Of a stretch of DNA of 64,000 nucleotides, positions 16,683-35,649 are shown in pieces (position 1 is the first letter of the stretch; the number at the start of each line of letters is the position of its first letter). Location: NCBI RefSeq assembly GCF_009914755.1, contig NC_060948.1; one strand, given 5' to 3'. The DNA is from the human T2T-CHM13v2.0 reference genome, Homo sapiens. The notes beneath the pieces were generated by a model that saw only the letters and a program-made list of their open reading frames with translations, was not told where the DNA came from and did no database searches. Made by a program: the position numbers and the translations under genes.

Positions 16683-17929
16683 GAAATTTTTTATTAGTCC
16701 TAGATCACATTTATTTTTTCCTATGTTTCTTGTAGAAGTATTAAAGGTTTACATTTTAAATAAATGTGTAGATGTAGGCCAATCGTTCATTTTGAGTTAG
16801 TTTTTTATGATGCAAGTTATATATGTATTTTTTTGTTTGCATATGGACATCTGATTATTCTAGCATCATGTGTTTAAAATAAACATTCTCCACAAAATTG
16901 TCAGAAATCATTTGTCTATACATGCACGTGTCTATTTCTGGATATGGTATTGTGTTCCCTTGACTTCTTTGTCTATGTTGGTGGACAATAGCATACTGTT
17001 TGATTACATCACCTTTATAATAAAAAACTTGAAATCAGGTAAAGTACATTCTCCAACTTTATTCTCCATTTTTAAAGTCAATTTGGCCAGTCAAGATTCT
17101 TGGCATGTCTATGTTCATTTCCAGTTCAGCTTGTCAGTGTTCCACCCCAAAAAGCTTGCTGTGAATTTGATTGCTATTTTGTGAAATGCCTTGGCACATT
17201 TGAGGTTAATGCACATATTAACAATAACAAGTGCTGTGTTCTGACTTTTAATACTGTATATTTCTTGGCAATGTGCTTGGGTTTACCATGCACAGGTCTT
17301 TAATATCTTTTGTAAGATTCACCCTGTAAATATTCTGTGTATTTCTTATTGTGTAAAAAGCTATCTAATTTTTATTTTAGTTTTGATTCCTATAGCTAGT
17401 GTAAAACAGTACAATTGATTTCTGTATATTGATTATATCTTGTGCAATCTTTTCTTACCAGATAGTATTAATTGATTGTTAATGAGTTATTAATCCATTA
17501 TTCATTCATTTTAATGAATTATTAGTTCATTGTGAATTTTACCTTGTTGGGTGCTTGAAATGTTCACATTCCCATAACTGCCTTTGACATTCGTTCTGAG
17601 ATAAATTTAAATTACTTGGGCACAATTTGATTCTGAGTTTTAAGGTCTTATTTAAATCTTAGCTTACATCTTACTTTCAAGATTTACTAGATTGGACTGA
17701 AACCATTCTCAGAAAAGGGCTAATTAATGATCCCTTCCTGAGGCACCATCATTCTGTGCACTTTACCTAATGCCCCATGTTTCATGCAATTCTCTAGTCA
17801 GGCTGTTTGGAACAGAAATTATTTTGGCCCTGACTGATCTTTGGGAAATGTTCATTTTCATCTTCTTAGGTGGTTTGTTGACTTACCTGGTGTGATTTTC
17901 TATAGATTTGTGCTAAAGTTGTTAGGTGG

Positions 17930-18564
17930 TTATATGCTTTGGCTACATCCTGACCCAAATTCCATCTTGAATTGTTGCTCCCATAATGTCCACATGTATC
18001 GCAAGGACAAAAAACCAAACACCGCATATTCTCACTCATAGGTGGGAATTGAACAATGAGAACACATGGACACAGGAAGGGGGACATCACACACCGGGAT
18101 GTGTTGTGGGGTAGGGGGAGAGGGAAGGGATAGCATTAGGAGATATACCTAATGTTAAATGACAAGTTAATGGGTGCAGCACATCAACGTGCACATGTAT
18201 ACATATGGAACCAACCTGCACGTTGTGCACATGTAACCTAAAACTTAAGGTATTAAAAAAAAAATCTCCACATGTTATGGGAGGAACCCAGTGAGAGATA
18301 ATTGAATCATGGGGTCAGGTCTTTCCCATGTTGTTCTCATGATAGTGACTAAGTCTCATGAGATCTGATGGTTTTATAAAGGAGAATATTTCTGCATGCA
18401 TGCTTTTTGCCTGCCATTTAAGGTATGCCTTTGCTTCTCTTTTGCCTTCTGCCATGATTGTGAGGTCTCTCCAACTGTGTGGAACTGTGAGTCCATTAAA
18501 CCTCTTTCTTTTATAAATACCCAGTCTTGGGTCTTTATTAGCAGTGTGAGAATGAAATAATACA
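17930..18564 (+). mobile_element. THE1 solo LTR split by an L1 3' fragment
   Basis: THE1 5' part 17930-17997 resumes at 18263 and ends TAATACA; 5-bp TSD GGTGG/GGTGA. Confidence 0.9.
17998..18262 (+). mobile_element. L1PA 3'-end fragment (about 265 bp) nested in THE1
   Basis: L1 3'UTR with poly-A; TSD AATGTCCACATGT (17985) / AATCTCCACATGT (18263). Confidence 0.92.
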
Positions 18565-18964
18565 GGTGATTATTTCCCCATCCTTGTGTAGGTTCCTCAT
18601 ACCTATGCAGTGATACACACTCAGAGGAAAACTTCAGCAGTTTTCTCCGCAGATCTCCATTCTCATCTGGGTGAAGCTACCTCTCTCCTTGTACTCTGCC
18701 CTGAGAGACCTAGCAGCCTTGTTTTCCCAAGACTCAAAGACTTTTGAGCTCAACCTGGCTTCTCCCTTTATAAGTCAGGCCTGGGAAACACTTTCAAGCC
18801 AATAAGCTGGGGCAATACTACATCTCATCTTGTTTCCCTCTTGCCAAGATCACTATTCTTAAGCACTATTTCTTGCTTTTCATTTTCTTAAAAGTTGTCA
18901 GTTTCTTACATTTTCTCCATTTTTGGCTGATTCCAGGACAGCAAAATAGGTCCCTTTTAGATAG

Positions 18965-19297
<333 letters not shown>

Positions 19298-19299
19298 TC

Positions 19300-20250
<951 letters not shown>

Positions 20251-20494
20251 TTTTTTTTTCATTTTTTTATTATTTATGTATTTATTTATTTTTATTATAC
20301 TTTAAGTTCTAGGGTACATGTGCACAATGTGCAGGTTTGTTACATATATATACGTGTGCCATGTTGGTGTGCTGCACCCCTTAACTTGTCATTTATGTTA
20401 GGTATATCTCCTAATGCTATCCCTCCCCACTCCCCCCACCCCACAACAGACCCCGATGTGTGATGTTTCCCTTCCTATGTCCAAGTATTCTCAT

Positions 20495-24283
<3,789 letters not shown>

Positions 24284-24346
24284 TATGATGTTAGCTGGTT
24301 ATTTTGCTCGTTAGTTGATGCAGTTTCTTCCTAGCCTCGATGGTCT

Positions 24347-25366
24347 TTAAATTTTGGCATGATTTTGCAGTGGCTGCTACCGGTTGTTCCTTTCCATGTT
24401 TAGTGCTTCCTTCAGGAGCTCTTTTAAGGCAGTCCTGATGGTGACTGGTGACAAAATCTCTCAGCATTTGCTTTCTGTAAATTATTTTATTTCTCCTTCA
24501 CTTATGAAGCTTAGTTTGGCTGGATATGAAATTCTGGTTGGAAATTCTTTTCTTTAAGAATGTTGAATATTGGCCCCCACTCTCTTCTGGCTTGAAGAGT
24601 TTCTGCCAAGAGATCCACTGTTAGTCTGATGGGCTTCCCTTTGTGGTTAACCTGACCTTTCTCTCTGGCTACCCTTAACATTTTTTCCTTCATTTCAACT
24701 TTGGTGAATCTGACAATTATGTGTCTTGGAGTTGCTCTTCTCGAGGAGTATCTTTGTGGCATTCTCTGTATTTCCTGAATCTGAATGTTGGCCTGCCTTG
24801 CTAGATTGGGGAAGTTCTCCTGCATAATATCCTGCAGAGTGTTTCCCAACTTGGTTCCATTCTGCCCGTCACTTTCAGGTACACCAATCAGATGTAGATT
24901 TGGTCTTTTCACATAGTCCCATATTTTTTGGAGGCTTTGTTCGTTTCTTTTTTTTCTTTTTTCCCTAAACTTCCCTTCTTGCTTCATTTCATTCATTTGA
25001 TCTTCCATCACTGATACCCTTTCTTCCAGTTGATCGCATCGGCTCCTGAGGCTTCTGCATTCTTCCTGTAGTTCTCGAGCCTTGGCTTTCAGCTCCATCA
25101 GCTCCTTTAAGCACTTCTCTGTATTGGTTATTCTAGTTATACATTCTTCTAAATTTTTTTCAAAGTTTTCAACTTCTTTACCTTTCGTTTGAATTTCCTC
25201 CTGTAGCTTGGAGTAGTTTGATTGTCTGAAGCCTTCTCTCAACTCGTCAAAGTCATTCTCTGTCCAGCTTTGTTCCACTGCTGGTGAGGAACTGCGTTCC
25301 TTTGGAGGAGGAGAGGCTCTCTGCTTTTTAGAGTTTCCAGTTTTCCTGCTCTGTTTTTTTCCCCAT
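24347..25366 (-). pseudogene. L1 ORF1p, frameshifted
   Basis: ORF 24511-25278 (...IWDYVKRPNL...RATPRHIIVRF...ARREWGPIF); ATG at 25366, TAA at 24347. Confidence 0.93.
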
Positions 25367-25859
25367 CTTTGTGGTTTTATCTACATTTGGTCTTTGATGA
25401 TGGTGATGTACAGATGGGTTTTTGGTTTGGATGTCCTTTCTGTTTGTTAGTTTTCCTTCTGACAGGACCCTCAGCTGCAGGTCTGTTGGAATTTGTTAGA
25501 GGTCCACTGCAGACCCTGTTTGCCTCAGAGGAGTACCCTGCTGTGTGAGGTGTCAGTCTGCCCCTACTGGGGGGTGCCTCCCAGTTAGGCTGCTCGGGGG
25601 TCAGGGATCAGGGACCCACTTGAGGAGGCAGTCTGCCCTTTCTCAGATCTCCAGCTGCGTTTTGGGAGAACCACTGCTTTCTTCAAAGCTGTCAGCCAGG
25701 CAAATTTAATTCTGCGGAGGTTACTGCTGTCTTTTTGTTTGTCTGTGCCCTGCCCGCAGAGGTGGAGCCTACAGAGGCAGGCAGGCCTCCTTGTGCTGTG
25801 GTGGGCTCCACCCAGTTGGAGCTTCGGGGCTGCTTTGTTTAACTAAGCAAGCCTGGGCA

Positions 25860-26312
25860 ATGGCGGGCGCCCTTCCCCCAGCCTCGCTGCCACCTTGCAG
25901 TTTGATCTCAGACTGCTGTGCAAGGAATCAGGGAGACTCCATGGGTGCAAGACCCTCCGAACCAGTTGCAGGATATAATTTCCTGCTGCGCCGTTTTTTA
26001 AGCCCGTCAGATAAGCGAAGTATTAGGGTGGGAGTGACCCAATTTTCCAGGTGCCCTCTGTCACTCCTTTCTTTGACTAGGAAAGGGAACTCCCTGACCA
26101 CTTGTGCTTCCCGAGTGAGGCAATGTCTCACCCTGCTTCAGCTCGCACAGGGTGCACTGCATCCACTGTCCTGCGCCCACTGTCTGGCACTCCCTAGTGA
26201 GATGAACCCTGTACCTCAGATGGAAATGCAGAAATCACCCGTCTTCTGTATCGCTCACGCTGGGAGCTGTAGACCAGAGCTGTTCCTATTCGGCCATCTT
26301 GGCTGCCAGTAG
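25860..26312 (+). CDS. L1 antisense ORF0-like open frame (150 aa); expression unknown
   Basis: MAGALPPASLPPCSLISDCC... matches primate L1 ORF0 N-terminus; ATG at 25860 in GCAATGG context. Confidence 0.45.
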   Translation: MAGALPPASLPPCSLISDCCARNQGDSMGARPSEPVAGYNFLLRRFLSPSDKRSIRVGVTQFSRCPLSLLSLTRKGNSLTTCASRVRQCLTLLQLAQGALHPLSCAHCLALPSEMNPVPQMEMQKSPVFCIAHAGSCRPELFLFGHLGCQ

Positions 26313-27244
26313 CAAAATATATTTATTTAAAATATTGTTTTAACCTAAGCCATGCGGAATCACTCTGGATTTCTCATTGATGAGCAATTTTTTACACATA
26401 TTGCCAGTTATATTAGAGTTCAGCATTATGGCAATTATGTCTAGATAAAAATTCACAAACCTTTATGTCCCAGAGTTACTAATTCTTCATACTAAAGCAA
26501 GTTATAGGTGTATTTTCTAGCTTAACAACAAAGCTACAGTTGCAAAAATAACAAGAACAACAAAAATATTAAGGCAGAATGAGGACTTGGGAAAAAATTC
26601 TCTGAATTGGATACAAATCAAAGCCACAAGAAATGCAATAAATAGAAGCAAACAAAAACAAGAACTAAATGTATAATCTTAGCTTAAAGAACATCTTTGC
26701 TTGGGAAACACATGTATGCATGACAATGAAGTAGGCATACTCTGAACATTTTCAATAAGATGTTAATGCCTTCTTTTTCCAAATGAATGAATCAATTTCA
26801 TATTTCTTGTCTTTCAACTGATTCAGTATAGGTATTGTAGGAGCTTTCTATTTCCACACCTGGTATATTTTTTCACAACAAATTTATCTTTGTCTATAAT
26901 ATTTATAAACATTTTTATCATCCTCATAAATTTATCTCTATTATCTTTATAAATTCATCTTCATAAAGCATTCCACACCACTGACACAGAAAAAGGGGAA
27001 ATAAGACAGAGATTTTATTACAAAGAAAGGAGCTAGAAAGGCTGGAAAACTCCAACATCCAGAAACAATGTGGCAATGAGGAAAATGGTAAGGAAACAGA
27101 CATATTTGCAAGGATGCTTTAAAAATGGGAGGCTGTGATATCACAGTTATGTTGACAATTACTCCAGAATAATCATATTCCCATTGGCCATGTTGTGCCT
27201 TTTAATTTCAGTGGACAGAAAGCATACATTTTAATTTTTAACAT

Positions 27245-27668
27245 TTTTATAGATTTAAAGGGTAGAAGTGCAGTTTTGTTGCATGGATATATTGTGTAGT
27301 GGTGAAGTCTGGGCTTTTAGCATAACCATCACCCAAATAGTGTACATTGTGTTCACTAAGTAATTTCTTATCCCATACCCTTTTCTCATCCTCCCACCCT
27401 TTGAAGGCCCCAGTGTCCATTACTTCGTTCTTTCTGTCCATCATTTTGCTCCCATTAGTAAGTTAGGACATAGTACTTGACTTTTTGTTTCTGAATTGTT
27501 TCACTTAAGATAATGGCCTCCAATTCCATGTGTGTTTTTGTAAAAGAGAAGATTACCTTCTTTTTAAGGCTGTATAGTACTCCACTGTGTATATGTACAA
27601 TATTTTCTTTATCCAAGCATCACTTGATGAACACTTAGGTTGATCATCTTCGCTGCTGTGAAGAGTGA
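27245..27668 (-). mobile_element. L1MA 3' end
   Basis: GTGCAGTTTTGTTGCATGGATATATTGTGTAGTGGTGAAGTCTGGGCTTTTAG. Confidence 0.85.
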
Positions 27669-28409
27669 GAAGGTACACTTTTGAATAATTTGTTCTGGAG
27701 GTAAATATATGGATGAAAAGAACATGAGTGACTTGGTAGTAGTATTACATCATGAGGAATTTCCTTGGAGATTATTGGATATTCTAAAACATGCAATGGC
27801 TATGCAGTCTTTTGAATCATTCTGACCTCAGGAATTTTAACACAAAAATACATGTCCTTTTATTATTGTGGGGTCTTTAGAAGTTATTAGAAAATAGATC
27901 TTGTTCAACTGTTTCCACAGTATGTTGTAAAACTGTCTGTAAATTGAGTTTCTTGCTTTGTGACATTCTTTAATTTTACATCTAGCAAAGTATGCTTTGG
28001 CAAATAGAGAAAACATAAAGTCCTCATTAACAATCACTTTTTTAAATGAGGGTTAACCATTGACAATATTATTAATATCTAAATGTAAAATATTCATTTT
28101 AGAAGACTGCCCATATAATTGTGAGCTTTCTTTCTCTCCAATGTATATGTGTGTGTTTCCTGACTTTAGATAAATGGGTTTTCTATGAGAAACAGAGGTG
28201 ATTACTTCTCAAATCTTACCTAATCTGAACAGTGTTCTGCAGAATGAGAAACACCAAATTATTGCTTTAAACAACCAACTCTTCCCTCAGTGTGTTCATT
28301 TTATTTATTTACACATTGCATATTTGTTTCAAGTGAAAATGAAAGTGGACTATATCAGAAAGCACACAAGGGGAATGCTTCTCTACCCTGTGCATTAAAA
28401 ATCATTCCT

Positions 28410-28726
<317 letters not shown>

Positions 28727-30319
28727 AGTATTTCCCATGCTTTCCACGTAGACAAATCCATTAGTTTAGTTTCATTTAAGTGTGCTGAAGAGAAGGTGAT
28801 ACTCATTCATCTTGAATCTGATACTGAGAACAAAATGAGTTCAGGGATTAAATTAGAGTAGGCCTTTTTAGTCATTGTAAATCATCTCCATGCAGGGTGG
28901 TGGCTAGGACCTGTTGCATCTCTTATTATTTTTTTCTCTTTAGGAAAATTTAAGTTAGTATTTTCCTCAGTTCATACTCATCCTAGTAAGCCACCTGCTC
29001 TCAATTGAGACAAACGAAATGAAAAACCTTCAGAAGTCAATTAATGAATAATGTTATTTCCTTTCAATATAGGTTACTAAATCTTAGAAGTTTAGGTTTG
29101 ATAAAACCTGACCCATGCAAAATGCTGCTTCCCTTAGGAAGTTATGTATTATTAGAGTGTTATATAGTTTCCATGGCTTATCCATAAGTCAGGAAAACAG
29201 TAAAGTCCAGAGAATCTTAAATTGGAGGTGTAAATGGTACACTATTATGAAATACTTTTGAGCTATATATTATTTCTAACTACTACTCTTCTTCTTTATA
29301 TCTTTGAAATGTTAAGCTTAAGATACATATCCATCCTAAATCTGTAAATTAAATATAGGCCATGAGATGGATGAAAATTTTGGCATGTTACCAAAATGAG
29401 TCTAATATTTTTGAGATTAAAAAATCTGTAAGAATAATTAAGAAAAAATGTAAGAGAAAGAAGTATATGGAAGAAATCCTGTTCTCTCACATACCAATGT
29501 GTACTCCTTTGCTACCATCATAGAGACAATGGGTACTTGAAAGACAGCAAAATATAGCTTTACAGAACAATATTCAAAAGCTAGAAGCAGGTCATCAGTA
29601 TAAGGCATTGATCACACATGAGAAGATAATCTGAAGTCAGTGAAATAATTCCATAAATGTTGTTTGGATATTTGTTAAACTACGTAGTAGGTGTGGTGAA
29701 GAAAGATTCCCTACTCTCACAAAGAAGATCTAAAACTCCTTACAAAATTTAAAACAACAACAAATTATTAGATGAAAAGAGATGATATTTTCAATGAGTT
29801 GGAAGTGGAATATACTTCCAAAGCTTTACACAATATCCAGAAAATTATGGTACCCTGATATGAGATATCAGAACGATGATGTTGGGGACTATATTCATTG
29901 ACCACATGGAAGTCTCGAAGTTATAAATAAACAAAAATATGAAAATGTTTTCTTATTTCCTTTACTATTGAACACATACAAGGGGCAATGGATTAGTTTC
30001 ACTATTTCTTAAAAATCTTAATATTAAAGATTTTTATTATAATATTTTATCTTAGTATTGAAGAAAAATTAATATTAAGACAATAAGGCCAATAAAATAA
30101 TTTTAAAATGTGAAATAAAGTATTCATATGAAAATAGAAATGGCCAAAGAATATATGATAAATGATTAATTACACTAGCAATCAAATAAAACATAAACAT
30201 AGACATGAAAACATTTTTTAATTTATCATATTGGTAAAATAAAATGTTTAAAATATAAAACCTTGCAGCTAAGCTGGGAAAAGGGCATGCATACTTTGGT
30301 TTTAAGATGACTAAATTCA

Positions 30320-30634
<315 letters not shown>

Positions 30635-30833
30635 TTAGAACTACCTACAACACATATTATTTTAATATGTTTTATACACATATATTTACAGTATCTTTCA
30701 ATTATTCATATTATTTGTTATATTTGTTGCTTCTTTCCGCATATACTATACTGGATCCTAGAAATGTGTTTCTAGGTTGTCAAATACATGAAACTTTTTT
30801 GTTGATGACCCTTGAATTTTATGTCATGCTTAA

Positions 30834-31155
<322 letters not shown>

Positions 31156-31290
31156 TTTTTTTTTTTCTTCTTATAGAGAGGGTTATCACTGTGTTGCTCA
31201 GGCAGGTCTCAAACTCCTAGTCTCAAGCAATCCTCCTGCCTGGGCCTCCGTAAGTGTTGAAATTACAGGTACAAGTCACAGTGCCCAGCC
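31156..31290 (-). mobile_element. Alu left monomer (FLAM/AluJ)
   Basis: T-tract followed by single Alu arm reverse complement. Confidence 0.8.
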
Positions 31291-31666
31291 AAGCTGAAAA
31301 AAAATACTTTTAACATGGACAATCCACTGCTAAAAATGGGAGACATAGAAATACAAGGCCACTGCATCATTTCTATAGTATATAGATACAGTCCTGTGCG
31401 TTAAATGGAATCATCATTATTTAGGTAAAAATTAGGAACCTCATTTATCTTAGAATAAATGATCAACTTTCAGCAATGGATGAAAATTTTAATTTCTCCT
31501 AGAAAGGGGAGAGTTACAGCTTAAAACATTTATATTTTATACCCTAAGACTAGTGTCTTAAGCCATAAGAGTGGTTACAACATAAACCATTTGTGTTTGG
31601 ATTTTGCCAAGGATTTTGAATTTACTCAACATTGCTATGTGTTGTTTATCACAATTTCAGTATTAG

Positions 31667-31990
31667 GGGCCATGTGTGGTGGCTCATACCTAGTATGCCA
31701 GCACTTTAGGAGGCTGAGGTGGCTGACCCACTTGAGTCTAGGAGTTTTAGATCAGCATAAATAACAAAGTGAGACCTTATCTCTACCAAAAAAGAAAAAA
31801 AAAAAGCCCGTCATTGTGACACGTGTCTTTGGTCCCAAATACTAGGAGACTGAAGTGGGTAGATTTCCTGAGCCCAGGAAGTCCAGGCTGCAGTGAGCTG
31901 TGATCACACCAGCTAGATAATACACTCCAGCCTAGATGACAGAATGAGAGTCTCCCTCAAATTTCAAAAAAGACAAAATAACAACACCGA
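31667..31990 (+). mobile_element. AluJ
   Basis: Highly diverged dimeric Alu. Confidence 0.88.
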
Positions 31991-34900
31991 AAAAAAGAAA
32001 AAAAACTCTTGGCATTAGTCCTGAAACTGAACAATATATTTAATTCTCAAAATGATTGAGTGTCAATCAGGTATGTGCACCTATATTTCCTCAGAAGCAC
32101 AATTCTATGTTTTCAGCTGTGTGTGTGTGTTTGCATATTTAGATGCTTGCTGGAGTCAGACTATTCTAAACCATACACTTATCTATAGAGGAGTACACTG
32201 CAAATGAGTTTGGTTTCTGAGTCATCTCACTCATTAGTCATGTTTTGTCATTGTAACATCAGATTATTTGTGGCATCTTATGAGAAATAGCCTTCAAGGA
32301 GACAGTTCATGATAGCTTGCTGTTTAAAGTGTTCTTATTTAAATTCCCAAGGATTTCATGAGAACTGAACATAGTGTTTTTCCACTCAATATCAGGAATA
32401 TTCATGCTTATTTTGTGGCAAGCATTGTTTTTTATCTTAAAATGTTTGTGGAAACATATGAATGAAAGACATGTAACCCCAGTTTAGCAACACCTATAAC
32501 ATAACATCATGCTTTGCTTAAGACTTTCGATCAGACATCCTGTCTTCCCTAACCCTTTGACTTTTTGTTCTATTCCACTTTCCTAAGATATATATTCCTT
32601 TATCAAAGAATTTATAGTGCACTATTTTTTCTTGTCTATATTTATGAATGCACAATAAAACAACTTCTTGAAGAAGGGTGTGCACATGGGTGTGTGTGTG
32701 TGCTTGGCTTTTATTTGTCCTTTAAGTGCAGAACAATGGTTTCATTTGACTGTAAAGCTGTATCTCCTTCTTTCTTGGCATGTAAAGATGGCAGGTGGAG
32801 CATTCTTTGCCTGCTACCCTCTCCCAGCCACTCTCATGTTAGTGAAAGAATGGTTTGGGCTATGCCTTCACCATATAATTGAACCCCCATATCTATGATT
32901 GCAAACAACAATGGCAGACACTTGGCAAAGAAAACTTGTATTGTACTGTTCTTCACCCTTGTGTTCTCCTGGAGATGGTAATTAATGTTTCCTGATTTTT
33001 TTAGGAAGCTCTATTATATTTGAGTCATCTAGAAAGACTCTATCTTTAGAAGTCCCTAGCTAAAGTAGAGATTCAGTTGAAATTATTCTGCATTGGGAGG
33101 CAAGAAACTCTTGAGACATATACACCCAACCATTGTCCAGATAGAAGAGAGGATACGGGATGTGTTCAGATAGCCATTGGTCCCAACTGTCCTGTTAACT
33201 ATCTATCTCTGAAGTATGGAAGATAGAGGAAACAGCAGTTTTTAACAATAACAAGGATATTTTGAAACCATTACACCATTCTGAGAAGCAGAGCCTGGGG
33301 AAAGTGTCCTTCCCTTTTTCCTTGGAGGATATCTAACTATTTCTGTCATTTCAGCTGTGGGATAGGCATAAGCATGAATCTGTCGTAGATTCCCAGGCCT
33401 GTGTGGTGGCCTTTGTAAGAGACACAGTGCTCTATACATTACCATTTCTGAGATTACTGTGCACTTGGGAGTGAATGACAGAATCCCAGAAATTTCAATT
33501 TATTTTCTTTGTGATTAAAAACATCTGCAAATGTGCATCAAATTCTTTAAATTGCCATGGGAAAAAATATCACAGGAAATAATTCTCTAATATTATAAAA
33601 AGAGATTAAGTGTTAAATATATAATCCTGCACTAAGAAACAATACTGGATGAAGTAAAATGTCAAATAGTCAGAAAATGATGAAGTTTTAAGTTTAAGCA
33701 AATAGTTGGTGAATGGGATTTAATAAAACATATCTGTTGTTTCAATAATTCTCTGCTTTTGGAGGTGGTCCACACATTCACTCTCCACCATAGATCTGTA
33801 TGAACTTATCATCTGTGACATTTACAAAGTCTCATTTCTGTATTTTGATAAATATCTACTCAAATTGTTATAAGAAAAGTTATATTTACAGATAACTATC
33901 AACAGTGTTGCCTTCCAAACATTGAATTATTATTCCAGGGAAACATTGGCTTTTGAAAATAGAATTTCATAAAATAGACACGTTTCCCCGTCAATATGTA
34001 ATCTGTGAAACTTATTTTTGTGGCATGTTTAGAATGTATCAAATTATTTCATGAGAAACTGCCAGACTCAGTCATCAAAATCTGTCTTACATATTGAGTG
34101 CTCTGCTAGGAATTATTCAGCTCATATTTATTCCATACTCAAGAGTTTAGATTTGAAAGAGACAATGTAAAATTGTTCCATTATTTTTTAGTGATTCTAT
34201 CTCTTCTGGTTTATCTAGAAATTATGCCTGCTTTAAATAAACAAGTTTCTTCCTGTTGAAATCCAACCTATGCATTCGTGAGAGTTTTGATAGGTGAGAT
34301 TCCTGAGTGGATATTTTTGGATTTAAATGCAATATAGAATTTTCTTAAATTAGAAAGTAAAGAAAATTATTCCACAGCAAAGGTATTTTTCTCATAATTG
34401 AAAATGACAACATGGTACAGAAGTTAGATATGTGCCAACTTTGAATATAGAGTGCTCATTTTCAACCTTGGACTAATTCAGCAAAGTGCAAGCGGCCCAA
34501 ACCTGAGACAATTTATTTAGCTCCATCAACCACAATTCCATCAAATCCAATTGTCATTGTGAAGATCTATTAGATAATATACATAAGTACAACATTGACA
34601 TATAATAAATGACTGGCATGTCTTTATACATTTCACAAGGTAACATGATTTCATATGCTTGTAGTTTCATTAATGGTGTCTTATCAATGTTAGCTTTTCG
34701 GTATTGCTTGAAATGCCATGAACAAGACCAAGAGGGGGAAGAGTCAGCAATGGCCACTTCAAGACAGAGCTGAAGGCAGAGATAATGGTTTCTTGTTTGC
34801 CAGGGATAGAGGATGCTTCATGATAACTATAAGTTAATTATCCCAGTGTTTCAGATATGTGCAATTGTGAGCTTGAGAAATTTTATGGTGAAAATTTAGG

Positions 34901-35649
34901 ATGAAAAGCCTAATCTGTGTGCTACCCTCTCCTAATAGTAAAAGGTTAACTGAGTCTTGATACATAGAAGGCGTTTCTTAGCTTTATTATTTTTGTTGCC
35001 AGATGCTGTGTACATACACACAAAGAACACCTAAAAGTGCTGAAAAAAATCTGCATGCCATGCAGTGGTCATTCAAACCATTCACATCACATCACATTCT
35101 GCTTTAATCAACTGCAATGCTTTTATGGGGTCTCTCATATTTAGCTTCCAAATGAATCAGTGTATTAATACCAACACACAAAATGTCCATGTCTTTGTCC
35201 TCTTAATCCATCCCTATATTACAAAGATTACATAAATAAAAAATATATTATAGAAGACATAGGCTTTGGGCATAGAATATAGAGTATTATTGGCCCAGTT
35301 TTTTCAGATTTGGAAGAGTACATCTCTTTGAGACAACTTCCATTTACAGAGCTGCAGCTCTTTCCACAGAAGTGAACATTAAGATCTAGGTAGTGACTTT
35401 TCCAGAAAAGAATGTTGAGGACCTTATTCTATTTTCTAAAGGCTTCATCAAAAGAGAGATTTATGCTACTGTTAGCCCCTCTGCAAGCACTAAAAACAGA
35501 GAAAAGTAAATTGCCTTATGAAACAGTTAATCCAGAACATAGGATACTATCTTTAGTACTTCAGAACAAATGACACACCATACATAACCTGGTGATTAAC
35601 CTTCAGAAAAGAAAGATGTGACCTTAATTCCAATATAGTTGCCATCTTT

